Assembly (NCBI GenBank): GCA_951406725.2
Contig: OX597837.1
Coordinates: 19,468,001 to 19,532,000 of the forward strand
From: Octopus vulgaris
Lineage: Eukaryota
Reading direction: 5' to 3'
DNA length: 64,000 nt
The position numbers and the translations under genes were made by a program. The first letter of the stretch is position 1; each line of letters starts with the position of its first letter. Of this stretch, positions 26,996 to 40,619 are shown in pieces. Under the pieces are notes generated by a model. That model was given only the letters and a program-made list of their open reading frames with translations, had not been told where the DNA came from and ran no database searches.

Positions 26996-27522
26996 AAATG
27001 CCCTGACGCAGTACCAGGCAGTGCCCCTCAGAGCTTCTGATCTTCACTGATTGGAAGTATTATCATGTACATTGTTTTGTCTTGGTAGAAAAGAAGGGCT
27101 ACAGCAAATATTACCACAGATTTGCTTGACTTTAACCAGTTTAGTATGTTCTTTAGTGACTGACGACATGTGCATGTCTGATCACGAGTAGAAGTAGTGG
27201 GGGAGCATCATATCCATGTGTTGAGAGGAATTCTTTGGGGTTTGGAAAATTCACCTCTGGAAACATAGGTGTTTTGTTCAACATCATTAAACAGCCCTTA
27301 TTCAGGGACTTTTGAATGGGGTGGGCTACTCAACCTGAAGAAAATTCTAATTGGGTCATGCGCTGTTTATCTTGATATAAGATCACCATGTCGGGCGCAT
27401 ATGTTTGTGATGCATGTGGCTAGTGTACCCTTATCAGATGGGTAGTTATGCTGGGTATACTGGGCTTCGTATATTTTACGCCAGTGTCACTTTGATGGCA
27501 TACACTGCTCTCTCACTCACTC
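26996..27522 (+). repeat. ~555-bp module, more diverged full-span copy
   Basis: Same start (aaatgccctga) and end (ctctcactc) as 49719-50276; (TAA)n on both sides. Confidence 0.9.
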
Positions 27523-27571
<49 letters not shown>

Positions 27572-27572
<1 letters not shown>

Positions 27573-28855
27573 GCTACAATATCCTTAACTGGACACGAAA
27601 TGAACTGACCAAAATAGATAGGAAAACAAGAAAAATAATGACAGGATCTAGGATGCATCACCCAAAATCTGACATAGAAAGACTATATATACAACGTATA
27701 GAAGGTGGTAGAGGCCTTATACAGCTGGAAAACTACTATAAAATAACCACCATAGGACTGCAAAAATATCTACTTCAGAAGGAAGGAAAACTGATCCAGA
27801 TAGCAGCAAAACACGAGCAAAACAAAAAAACTGTTCTCAGTATTTAAGGAAGCTGACAAATACAAACAAGAAATCATACCACCTAATAAACACGAAGAAG
27901 AAAAAGAAGATGATGAAGAAACAACAAAAGCTATATAACAAATGAAATCCAAACTAAAAATAGAACAGCAACGAGCCATGATAAAACGATGGCAAGAAAA
28001 GCCCCTTCATGGTAAATACTGCACTAAACTAAACGCAAAAGAAATAGACAAAGAAAAATCCCAGCAATGGTTGAGAAGCTCAGGACTCAAAGCAGAAACA
28101 GAGGGATTTTTAATAGCAGCACAAGACCAAAGCCTCCCCACCAGAAATTACCAAAAACATGTAATGAAAAGAAATATTACAAGTAACTGCAGAATATGTG
28201 GAGATGGACAAGAAACAATAAATCATATTATCTCTAGCTGCCCAGTCCTGGCTAAGAAGGAATATATTCACAGACATGACAGAGTTGGAACCTACATACA
28301 TTGGAAGCTATGCCAACATTATGGAATAACAACAGAAAAAAGATGGTATAGGCACACACCAGAAAAGGTCACAGAAAACGAGAAAGCAACCATACTCTGG
28401 GACATGCCGATACACACAGATAGAGAAATTAAGGCCAACAGACCAGATATAGTTGTCAGAGATCATGAAGAAAGAAAATGCTTTCTAATTGATGTATCAA
28501 TACCGGCAGATGGCAACGTGTCTCTAAAAGAAATGGAGAAACTCTCAAAATACAAAGACCTCGAAATAGAGGTAACCAGAATGTGGAATCTGAAAACAGA
28601 AACAATTCCTATCATAGTAGGTGCATTAGGCATGATAAAAAAATATTCAGACAAATACATAACAAAAACACCAGGACTTACAAACATATAACATACATAA
28701 AATTGCACTACTAGGCACTGCACACATCCTACGCAGAACACTTTCCATACAATAACCATCAGAGCATCACAACAAATCACAGCACATACCCAAGGCACAC
28801 AGAGCTGCGCTCGGTAGTGAAGTGAAGGCACACTAAAAAAATAAAACTACTGAAT
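27572..28855 (+). mobile_element. R4/Dong-like non-LTR retrotransposon family A, 5'-truncated
   Basis: HPKSDIERLY..R.EGGRGL, CCHC finger CRIC...H....C, RHD, RPD...IDVSIP...KYKDL restriction-like endonuclease (ORF 27942-28691); flanked by (TAA)n. Confidence 0.92.
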
Positions 28856-28868
28856 AATAATAATGATG

Positions 28869-28951
<83 letters not shown>

Positions 28952-28955
<4 letters not shown>

Positions 28956-29686
28956 GAACTGAAAACCACAGAGCCCAAAATGGACCACCGACCATACCTC
29001 CCAAGAATAAAAATAAACGAAATAACAACACCAATTATAAACAGCATAAACCTAGCCGTCACTGAACTAGCCACTGAAACAAAAAAAAGTGATATCACTG
29101 AACTAAATGACTTGATATACGCAGCAGCCACTGCAGCCACAAAAGAAGCTGGATACTCACCCAAACCCGCCCAAACAGGAGTACCACCACCCAAACAAAC
29201 CCTGTGGATAAATAACATCCAAAACAAAATTAAAAAAATTAGAAAAGACCTGTCGATTCTTAATGAAATCAGCAAACAATCAACGCTACTGAGCAACAAA
29301 AAGAGAACAAAAATGCTCCGCAAATATAACATCACAGAAAAAGATTTGCCGGAGATAAAAGAAAAGCTGAAGCAAGATATCCTTGCCAAAGCTCAAAGGA
29401 TCCGCCGGTACGAGAAACGCCAACGCTTCTTTGAACAGAACAAAAAGTTCAACTCCAACCCCAAAAAGTTCTACCAAGAACTGGGAAAAAATAAAATAGA
29501 AGTCACTGCAGCACCAACGGCAGAAGAATTGGAAGAATTCTGGAGAGAAATATGGTCGGCGAACGAACAGCCAAAAAAAAAAAGGAGTATCAAAATAACA
29601 AACTCGGCATCTGAACAACTTTGGACCCAAGGCACACAGAGCTGCGCTCGGTAGTGAAGTGAAAGCACGCTATAAAAATAAAACTA

Positions 29687-29692
<6 letters not shown>
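28952..29692 (+). mobile_element. R4/Dong-like element: N-terminal ORF part joined to the family A 3' terminus
   Basis: ELNDLIYAAATA, LKQDILAKAQRIRRYEKR...N.KF..NPKKFY, FWREIW; ends with the same cccaaggcacacagagctgcgctcggtagtgaagtgaa...aataaaactactg as 28788-28855. Confidence 0.8.
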
Positions 29693-29749
<57 letters not shown>

Positions 29750-30660
29750 TCAAATGTATGGACGGACTAACGATACAGTTGGGTGAGGTTATGAAGCAGA
29801 TAGAAGAGATGGGCTATAAGTACTTGGGGATTTTGGAAATGGATAAATTAATGGTTAAAGAAATGACAGAAAATTTAAGGTAGAGTACTTACGCAGACGG
29901 AGACTGATACTTAAGTTGAAATTAAACGGGCGAAATAAGATCGAAGCTATCAACACCTGGGCAGTTTCACTCCTTAGATATGGAGCAGGGGTAATCACAC
30001 GGACGGTAGACGATCTAAACAGCTTAGACAGAAAGACAAGGAAGGTGCCAACTAGATATGGGTCACTCCACCAAAAAAGTGACACAGACTGACTGTCTGT
30101 ACCAAGAAAAAAGAGGGAGAAGACAACTTGTTGGATGCGAACACAACATTAAATAAAAGAAACCAAACATAGCATGTTATGTAAAAAATGCCACAGAACC
30201 GCTATTATTAGAAGTAGGAAGATCGGGCTTGTGTAGCATGAAAGATTGCAAAGATAAAGCACTATACAAGAAATTGAAAACGAATAAAATTGAAAATAGG
30301 TGGGTAAAGAAAAGAATGCATGGTCAATTTCGTATGGATGTTGAAGATAAGACGGCTGTGGATGACTAAAAGTGATTTAAAACTGGAAACGGAGGCTCTA
30401 ATCTGTGCTGCCCAAGAGCAAGCACTAAGAACAAACTACGTAAAATACAGAATAGACAACACAGAAAGTGATAAGTGCAGAATCTGTGGACAAAACGGTG
30501 AAACCGTTTGGCGTATTACCAGCCAATGTACGCCACTAGCCGAAACGGAATATAAGAGACGTCATGACGACATTGCAAAGATTGTCCATTGGACACTTTG
30601 CAACAAGTACGGACTTGACAGAGTAAAAAAGTGGTACGAAAATAAACCCGAAGGCATCAT
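29750..30660 (+). pseudogene. R4/Dong-like family B remnant
   Basis: YKYLGILE, LNGRNKIEAINTWAV.LLRYGAG, ETEALICAAQEQALRTNY, CRIC, RRHD; truncated by a SINE. Confidence 0.85.
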
Positions 30661-30664
30661 CGAT

Positions 30665-30805
30665 TATTTCGACCCCAGTGCGTAACTGGTACTTAATTTA
30701 TCGACCCCGAAAGGATGAAAGGCAAAGTCAACCTCGGCGGACGACGGGCGAAATACCACTAAGCATTCCTTCTGGCGCGTGAACGATTCAGCCAGCTCGC
30801 CGCCT
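30665..30805 (-). mobile_element. Meta-like SINE, partial
   Basis: Reverse complement of about 52572-52725 with an internal deletion. Confidence 0.75.
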
Positions 30806-30816
30806 TGATGATGATG

Positions 30817-30883
<67 letters not shown>

Positions 30884-30944
30884 TGATGATGATGATAATA
30901 ATAATGATGATGATGATAATAATAATAAGAACAACAACAACAAC

Positions 30945-30975
<31 letters not shown>

Positions 30976-31515
30976 CAATGAGAAAAATGAATAAAAAATC
31001 AAAAATAATAAAGAGAAAAATCAATGCCATCTGCATGTTTCGAAAAGTTCTTTCCATCTACCAAATAGTAGCCATGTTGAATCTGCTTGTGATGGCAGAT
31101 TTGTGAGTGATATTTCTATTTGACTCTGGTGGTCTTTTGTTATAAAGACCACCGACAATATAGCTGCGGTCAATTCTCAGGTATTAATTGATCGCTTGCA
31201 CCTGGAATCGCCAGTTAATTAGTAATTAATTACTATTAACAAAAACAAAGAAAAAAACCCAAAATATATATTTACAATAAGAAAATTGGTTACTAATTAA
31301 TTCTTTATTGTTAGGTGGAATGCAGCCATTTAAAATAGGGGTAAGGCATGTGCATGCGTATGTGCATGTGTGTGTGAGTGTGTGTGTGCACGCGTGCATG
31401 TGTGTGTGTGTGTTTGTACGTATGTGTGTGTGTGTGAGTGTTTATAATTAAGTCAGGTCACTCTGCTTCATATGGTGAGCTGAAAATAAGCTTTTGTCAA
31501 TTGAAATTATAACCA

Positions 31516-31602
<87 letters not shown>

Positions 31603-31927
31603 GCATACATACATATATGCAGACGAAAACTCACAGACATATACACTCATCACATACAAACACGCTCATACACACGCACACACACACACACACAAACAAA
31701 CAACACACACATTCACACATCATACACATACATACTGCAGAGAAAAACAATTTGGAAATATCACAGAGTTCTAATTATCTACAAAGCTCTACAAAGCAAA
31801 AATGTAAGCGGCATTCGTGTTTTATTCTTATTGTCTGTCATGGTGGGAGACGATCTGTACCATAGCTAATGAGTGAAGAAATATTAAGTAACCACGGTGG
31901 ATAAAATATATGATCGAAGAAAATGTA

Positions 31928-32146
31928 CGATGGGGGATCTGAAAAGTTCCTTGACATTAAGGGTGTCGCGAAAGAGCTGGTTGGTGGCCCAGCCTTCCGA
32001 TTCCTTTTACAGGGCTCAGAAAACCTGAAGGACTGCTACAATAAGTGTACGAACCTGAGAGGGGAACAGGATGAATAAAATCATAGTTAAATGATCTTCC
32101 TGGATTTTCTTTTACCCAAAGTCAGGAACGTGTCATCACCCCCTTG
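31928..32146. mobile_element. mariner-type MITE
   Basis: TA|cgatgggggatctgaaaagttccttgac ... gtcaggaacgtgtcatcacccccttg|TA imperfect TIRs. Confidence 0.6.
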
Positions 32147-32150
32147 TATA

Positions 32151-32621
32151 CAGGGTAATTGAAAAGTAACTCCCGATTTTAAAATACTTATAAATTATTT
32201 AATCGTAATCTTTTTCTCTATTTTTAAATTTTTTTGTGTGTTTGTCTTTTGAAGTATGAAAATTTAATCTGTAATCGTATTGTTCTTGTTTGTTAATGGC
32301 TGAATGTCCCCTTTCCTGGGAGATGGATGGATCGTCGTGGTCCGCACGAGAGGCCAGCTTCTTTCTTCGGGGTTGGTTAAATGAACAAGTCTACTGTACC
32401 AAACCAAAGGCTTTGGAAGCCAATGAAGAGACGTTATGTCTTCTGTAGAACAATGTCTGGGCGATTCAGGAAGCTGATGGTGATATCTGGAGCACATACC
32501 AAAATTTAAAATAAAACCTCGTACAAAAAGCTTTCCTCTCTTATCAATTTTTGGTGAAAATTACAATTAATAAATAATTTATAAGTATTTTAAAATAGAG
32601 AGTTACTTTTCAGTCATCCTG
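32151..32621. mobile_element. Tc1/mariner MITE with ~55-bp TIRs
   Basis: TA|cagggtaattgaaaagtaactc..ttttaaaatacttataaattattta ... taaataatttataagtattttaaaa..gagttacttttcagtcatcctg|TA; internal GRWMDRRGPHERPA remnant resembles DD41D transposases. Confidence 0.8.
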
Positions 32622-32729
32622 TATATTTGTTAATGGTAAGTCATCTTCCTTCCCATGTTTCTTCTCGATTAGTGTGAGAAACATCTCTGGTCGTGATTGG
32701 ATCACTAAATAAATTGACAGCCACTTTAT

Positions 32730-33245
32730 CATTTATTTGTTTCAGTCATTGGATTGCGACCATGCTGGAGCATTGCCTGGGAAATTTTAGCCGAACAAAT
32801 CGACCCTAGTAGTTTTTTTAAAGAACAAAACCTGTTACTTATTCCATCGGTCTCCTTTTATAGAACTGTTAGATTACAGGGGCGTAAAAAAGTGAACGTC
32901 GGTTGTCAAGCGGTAGTGGGAGACAAACACAGAGGCAAACTCTCACACATACATATGGTTTCAAATTCTGGTACAAGGCCAGCACGCTCGGGGGAGGGTG
33001 TGAGTCGATTACATCAACCCCAGTACTCAACTGGTACTTATTTTATGAACCCCAAAACGATGAAAGACAAAACCGACCTCGGTGGCATTTAAACTGAGAT
33101 GAACGTAAAGACGAGCGAAATACCGCTAAACCTATTTTCCGATGTGTTAACGATTCCCCCAACTCGCTACCTTACACACACACACAAATGATGGGCTTCT
33201 TTCAGTTTCCATTTTCCAAATATGCTCACAAGGCTTTGGTCGGTT
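32730..33245 (-). mobile_element. family 1 SINE with a nested Meta-like SINE (about 32955-33175)
   Basis: ttgtttcagtcatt..gaccatgctggagca tail, then Meta-SINE motifs, then ttcttcagtttcc..ccaaa..ctcacaaggctttggtcgg. Confidence 0.65.
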
Positions 33246-33907
33246 CGATTGTCCAATAATTTCTTGAACAAAATAAATTTCAATGTGTTATTAACACATA
33301 TTCATCGTAAAAAGGTGTTCGCTTTCGAGAACAGCGATTAGCATATTCGCGTGCGAATGTGCCGAAACATAATGGTTTCAAATTTTGGCACAACGTCATT
33401 AAATTTCATGGAGAAGAGCTACTTATTTTATCGATTCTTAAAAGATGAAAGGCAAAGTCGGCCATGTAGAATTAGAACTTAGAAGATAAAAAACGGGCGA
33501 AATACCGCGTGCAAACGATTCTGCCATCTCGCCGCTTTGATCTACCGGAATATATTGAGAATAGATATGCAAAACATTGTGTTGTATCCGCACAGTTGTA
33601 ATACTGCATCAACGTCGGATAAAGATGATGGAACTATCAGGAAATTTGTAAAAACTCTTGGAGCCAAGACAGAGTGAGCAGTAAAGCCTTATTACAATTC
33701 CTTTTAGTTTTGACCAAACCAAAGACAATTTTCCTGTGACGAAGGAACTCTCTAAAACTATGAGTCACGGTTGGTTGGAACATTAATGGATCAGCCTTGT
33801 TGTTTGCAAGAATTTATAATGTGCAAGATTGTGTAAACAGTCAAAAGATTATATATAGACATTAAATAGTTGTAGACGTTGTAATAGTAGTAGTAGTAGT
33901 AGTGGTG

Positions 33908-33961
<54 letters not shown>

Positions 33962-34449
33962 ATAGTAGTAGTAGTAGTAAAAAGGATGATGGTAATGATC
34001 TATCGCTTTATTTATATATTTATCTATTTATGTATATGAACAGCCTGTTTACTACGCAAAAAAGTCTCTAGTCTTATGTTGTTCAGGGGTTAATTAAATG
34101 GTTAACGTTTTAGGAAAGGAATTTCTTAAAAGGATGACACTAGAGAGAGAGAAAGAGACAGAGAAAGAGAGAGGGAGAGGGAGATTAAAAGATAGAGAGA
34201 AAGAGGGGAGAGATAGAGTAAGATGGGGAGAGAAAAGAAGAAAGAGGGTGAGAGGGGAGGGATAGGTGATTAATAATTTTAACAAAATCCGCCATATTTC
34301 ATAAAATACGTAAAATAAAAATATTTCGCCCAAAATTATTTGTCCATTTCAAGGAAAAATGTCTGAACAAAAAAGGAAAGGAAAAGAACGATAATAAGAG
34401 AGTCAGACGAGGAGAAAAGGAAAAGAGAGAGTAAGACAGAATTAAGAGA

Positions 34450-34485
<36 letters not shown>

Positions 34486-35561
34486 AGAGGGAGAGAGAGA
34501 GAGAGAGAGAAGAGGGAGAGAAGAGGGAGAGGGAAGAGAGAGAGAGAGAGAAGAAATTATTGAAAGGAGAGAAAAAATTTCAGAGAGATAGCGGTGATGG
34601 CGGAGATTAAAATCTGAGGGTAATCGATGCTATTTATCAATGATAAAGAAAAAACAACAGCAAATAAACAAGCAAATAACAGAAACAATAATAACAAAAG
34701 AAAACAAAACCGGGAAGCAGGTTTAATGCCATCCAGATCAATTTAATTGAGACAAGAATATAATTTGAAAAATTAGAGAAAAAAATAACATAATAATAGC
34801 AACAACAACAGCAACAACAATAATAATGACAATAATAATAATAACAACATCAACGAAACTGATAGAAAAAAGGAGAAGGAAATGGTGAAAGAAAAAAATA
34901 AATAAGAAAGAAATGAGAAAATCGGTTCTATGATATTAATGGAAGATTGATTGTGATGAATTTACTTCTCATGAAAATCTATACCGTTTTACCACTAGCA
35001 ATTTGTCGCTGAAAATTGAGATGAAATATTGATTAATAAAGTTTTTCTCCCCACTCTAGCTCAGCCTCCACCCTTCATCCTTTAATATTAAGATGGCGTC
35101 GGAGTGATTTCAAATAGATTTAATCAGAGTGAGGGGTAGAAAATAAAAAAGAAAAAAAGAAATGGATGTATCGTATCTGACCATAAGCTTTTCTTTGTCT
35201 CTAACGTAGAAGAGTTAGCCTCGAGGACTAAGCAGCTTTCTCTCTCCCTTTCTTTCTCTCTCTCTCTCTCTCTTTCTCTCGCCTACCACCATTTTCAAAG
35301 TCTTTCTTCAAATTTTTTAAAACGTTTTTCCCCGTCCCTGTCATAGATGTAAATTCTGAAAGGCTAGAAGAAGAATAAAAATGTATTTATTGAAATATAT
35401 TTTGATGTTTATTTCAAAAGCAGATATAGTAAATATTAAATTGTTAGATTTTTAAAATAAAAATAAAAATAACGAAACGAAATACAGACAAACGAGATGT
35501 GCAGACAGATATTTCTATATTACATTAAGTATATTTCCTACCCACCTACATAGCTACCTAA

Positions 35562-36521
<960 letters not shown>

Positions 36522-36587
36522 GTATCTAGATATATATTTATATAGATGTATGTACATATATATATACATATATAAATATATGTATAT

Positions 36588-36699
<112 letters not shown>

Positions 36700-36887
36700 A
36701 TTGATATATACATACACATATATGTACTGCGTGTTTGTGTGAGTATGTCGATGTGTGTATATATGTATGTATATGCATGCACATGTATGCATATATATGC
36801 ATGTATGTGTATGAAATGCATATGTATGTATGATATATGTAAACATGTGTATGTATGTATGCATGTATGTATGTATGTATGTATCTA

Positions 36888-36920
<33 letters not shown>

Positions 36921-36928
36921 TGTATCTA

Positions 36929-37059
<131 letters not shown>

Positions 37060-37064
37060 GTCTG

Positions 37065-37131
<67 letters not shown>

Positions 37132-37177
37132 GTCTGTCTGTCTGCTTGTCTGTCTGTCTGTCTGTCTGCCTATCTAT

Positions 37178-37627
37178 CTGGTGAATGTAGCAAGAATGGC
37201 ACGTATGAATGACGAAGCCACCTTGAGCATGATCCTATGAACCCAGAAATTGAAAACAGAGAGTTGCTTATTTGCAAAAAAAAAAAAAAAAGAAATATAA
37301 CATGTGACTCCATTGACCGAGGTTACCGTGGTTTTTTCCGTAGGCTTTTCTTTCCACGGGTAAACCTCACCTGTCCTCCCCTTTACACTTCATATTGACA
37401 TTTCTGTGATAACGATCCCTATTGATCAAATTTTTTTTTTTTTTTTTTTTCCTCTCCCCCTTTTTTTTAACCCCCTTTTTTTTGTCCTCTTTCTCTCCTT
37501 TTACGATCCCTTTTGATCGAAACTCCCCCTTCCTTTTTTTTTTTTTTTTTTTAAACCTTCAAAAGAAAAGCTCTACCTTGTAATTTGTTCTATCTGTGTG
37601 CAGCCCTGTGTGGCTAATAAAGAAACA
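37178..37627 (+). mobile_element. 3' end of an L1/Tx1-like LINE inserted in (TCTA)n
   Basis: [20 protein letters not shown]-rich 3' UTR, gtggctaataaagaaa terminus, (TCTA)n on both sides. Confidence 0.55.
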
Positions 37628-37649
37628 TCTATCCATCTATCTATCTATC

Positions 37650-38330
37650 CGCAGTTTCAAAATGGCTGATGAACCTGTCCCATACGCTCCTTAACGTGTT
37701 CTTTAGAAAATAATGGAATGCCTTCTACATCTTGGACACCTGCTTTGCCTTGGTGTTGCACGCAGAGCGGGAGGTGTCTTTCTCAACGCCCCCCCCCCTC
37801 ACATAGTACTTCATCGGATTACAACTGGGGGATTAAGAGTCCTGAAATTGGGGCTGGTGAAGTTTTAGAAATTCTCAGACAACCTCTTCTGATTCTTTTC
37901 AGAGGTATAGCAGAGCATCGAATAATGCTGCCACACATACGGCCTTCCAGCAGCAACCCTCTCCAGCCAGGGTTTGGTCAGTCTGCAGCAGCTTCACGTT
38001 GCTGTCTGAATTGAGCCTAAGTCTCTCTTCATTAGCTGCTGGATCAATTCCTGTGTGCGAACGTACTCAGAAACGCCTGCTGGCCACGGCTTCGTAGTCT
38101 CTGTTGCTACTAGCGATGCCACGTCTTCCAGCCTTTGCGTTGTTCACAGAGCATCAAACAACAGACAAGATGTCGGCCTTTTGATACCCGACGTGAATGA
38201 TTTCGATGCAAATAACATCCAAAATTCAGATGGCTTCTAGTTTTCCATATCAGCTAGCTTTTTCCTAACTCCAACTTTAATCTTTACGCCTTTCGACGCT
38301 GTTGGCTGTTCACCAGCACTTCAAGGTGTT
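37650..38330 (-). pseudogene. Tc1/mariner (maT/DD37D-like) transposase remnant
   Basis: Minus strand WLSENF..FTSPNF...CNPMKYYV...CNTK, resembling the WPPNSPDxNPxDY region; heavily frameshifted. Confidence 0.5.
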
Positions 38331-38380
38331 CCACAGAAAAGGAGACAAAAAAAGATCACTAAATCTATCCCCCACACACG

Positions 38381-38425
<45 letters not shown>

Positions 38426-39239
38426 CACACACACACACACACATGCATATACATATACATATACATATTCGTAATTGTCGAACGATGAAAATGAGCGCTC
38501 AATACCGCATTGATGGATATAATTTATTTATAAATTAAGTTTTGTGAATCAAGCTTTGTATGCGTGTGTATATACATAAATACATATACAAAGCATGACC
38601 ACCTCAGTGATGTATACAATGCTCAGTTCAGTATGAGATTTTATGTGGCTTTTTAGATCAGACATACTGTTTAAAAAAGACGACCACATAAATTGTATAG
38701 CAGTTATGGTGCAGCGTGAACTGCGCATGGTTTAGCCTTGATGAACATTGAACTGTTTCTTCATACTTCCGTGAGATTTGCAGATCCTGGAACATACTGA
38801 TAAAGGCGAACTGATAATCAGTAGAAAGTGCCCAATTGTGTGTAAAGTTTCGGAGCGGATCGCTCTACTTGGCATTCAAAAATGTGATGGTGTGGAAACT
38901 TTCAAGCAAAATATGCTAATATAGGTAAATGTTAAGAGGAAATAAGAAAGCAAAAAAAAAAAACCGGCCTATAATGGATCTCCCTTGTTTATCTTATGGC
39001 AAACTCTGCCCGCTTGAGGTTGGATTTTAATCTCACATAAGACCACACAATAGGCTGAATGATGTAACTGAAGAACTAAAACAGTGCATTTTGGTAGTAT
39101 AAGAAAAACAGATTAATTCAAATTGATCAGAATAAATAAGTGGGGAAAACACACACGAAAGAGACATACCAGAAGCAGAAGGAAGTCGTGTGGAGTAAAG
39201 AGAAGCAGCATAATGCAGAGGCTGATCGGCTACAAAATT

Positions 39240-39635
39240 TTTGGTAAAAAGCTTGCCTCCCAATCACATGGTTTCGGGTTCAGTCCCGCTGCGTGGAAAC
39301 TTAGGCAAGTGTCTTCTACTATATCTTCGGGTTGACCAAAGCCTTGTGAGTGGATTTGATAGACGGAAACTGGAAGAAGCCCATCGTTTATATGTGTGTG
39401 GGGGGTTGTGTGTGTGTGTGTGCGTGTGTTTGTGTTTGTTCCCCCCGCTATCGCTTGACAGCCAATGCTGGTGTGTTTATGTCCCCGTAACTTAATGTTA
39501 CGCCAAAATAAAACAGATAGAATAAATACTAGACTTACAAAGAATACGTCCTGGAGTCGATTTCTTCGACTAGGACCCTTTAAGGCGTTACTCCAGCATG
39601 GCCGCAGTCAAATGACTGAAACAAGTAAAAGAACA
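39240..39635 (+). mobile_element. CORE-like tRNA SINE (family 1)
   Basis: Colinear with 47497-47860. Confidence 0.85.
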
Positions 39636-39925
39636 ACAGGAAGGAATCAAAACTGAAAAATAAAATGTGCAACAAGTAGGAAGATGAATACTTAAGAAGA
39701 AGCTGGAACAAGCATATTGGATAAAGAAACTGACCGGATACCACAAGTGAGTGGCCCAAGAGTTGAACACACGGGTCAATGGGAATGAAGAGTTTCCAGA
39801 GTGAATAGCTATTTAGCTATCGGACGAACAGTACTCTGTCTCAAGAATGCTTCGAAAAACAATACTGTGGATAATTACAGACCCATATCGTGCCTCCTAC
39901 TGATATGGAAGCTGCTCGCTGGAAT

Positions 39926-40442
39926 TTTTGTGACCCCGTTTCGGTCATGAATGACCATGGGATTGCACCTAGAAAGTTACCCCTCGAGGCACAAGTCTGA
40001 GCAAGGTTGTTTATGGAAAACCAGCAGTCACCCACGCATACAAGCCTCTCCTCTCCACGCCACCGATGTTATCCAAGGGAAAGGCAAAGGCCGATACAGC
40101 TTGGCACCAGTGACGTCGCAGCTAATTTATTAACGTGCAAGTGGCTGAGAACTCCACAGATACGTGTACCCTTAACGTAGTTCTCTGGGAGATTCAGTGT
40201 GACACAGAGTGTGACAAGGGTGGCCCTTTGAAATACAGGTACAACAGAAACAGGAAGAAAGAGTGAGAGAATGTTGTGGTGAAAGAGTACAGCAGGGTTC
40301 ACCGCAACCCCCTGCCGGAGCCTCGTGGAGCTTTAGGTGTTCTCGCTCAATAAACACTCACAATGGCCGGTCTGGGTATCGAAACCGCACTCCTACGACT
40401 GCGAGTTCGCTGCCCTAACCACTGGGCTATTGCACCTCCACA
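39926..40442 (-). mobile_element. chimeric SINE (family 2 head and body plus a different 3' segment) with 12-bp TSD
   Basis: gctcgctggaat direct repeats at 39914-39925 and 40443-40454. Confidence 0.7.
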
Positions 40443-40619
40443 GCTCGCTGGAATAATCCCTCGTGAAACGTACACATTTCTTGATAATAGCTAAATCTTA
40501 CTTGTTGAGCAGAAGGGCTATAAACAGAATTGCAAGGTAACTAAAAAGCAAGCTACTCATAAATAAAATGGTGATGAAAGATTGTAAGTGAAGAAAGACA
40601 AATTTAGCAATGGTCCGGG

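Noticed and set aside
33640-33800. Possible piggyBac transposase remnant (KPYYNS...DNF...VGTL)
   Set aside because: Only short motifs in different frames and no termini found.
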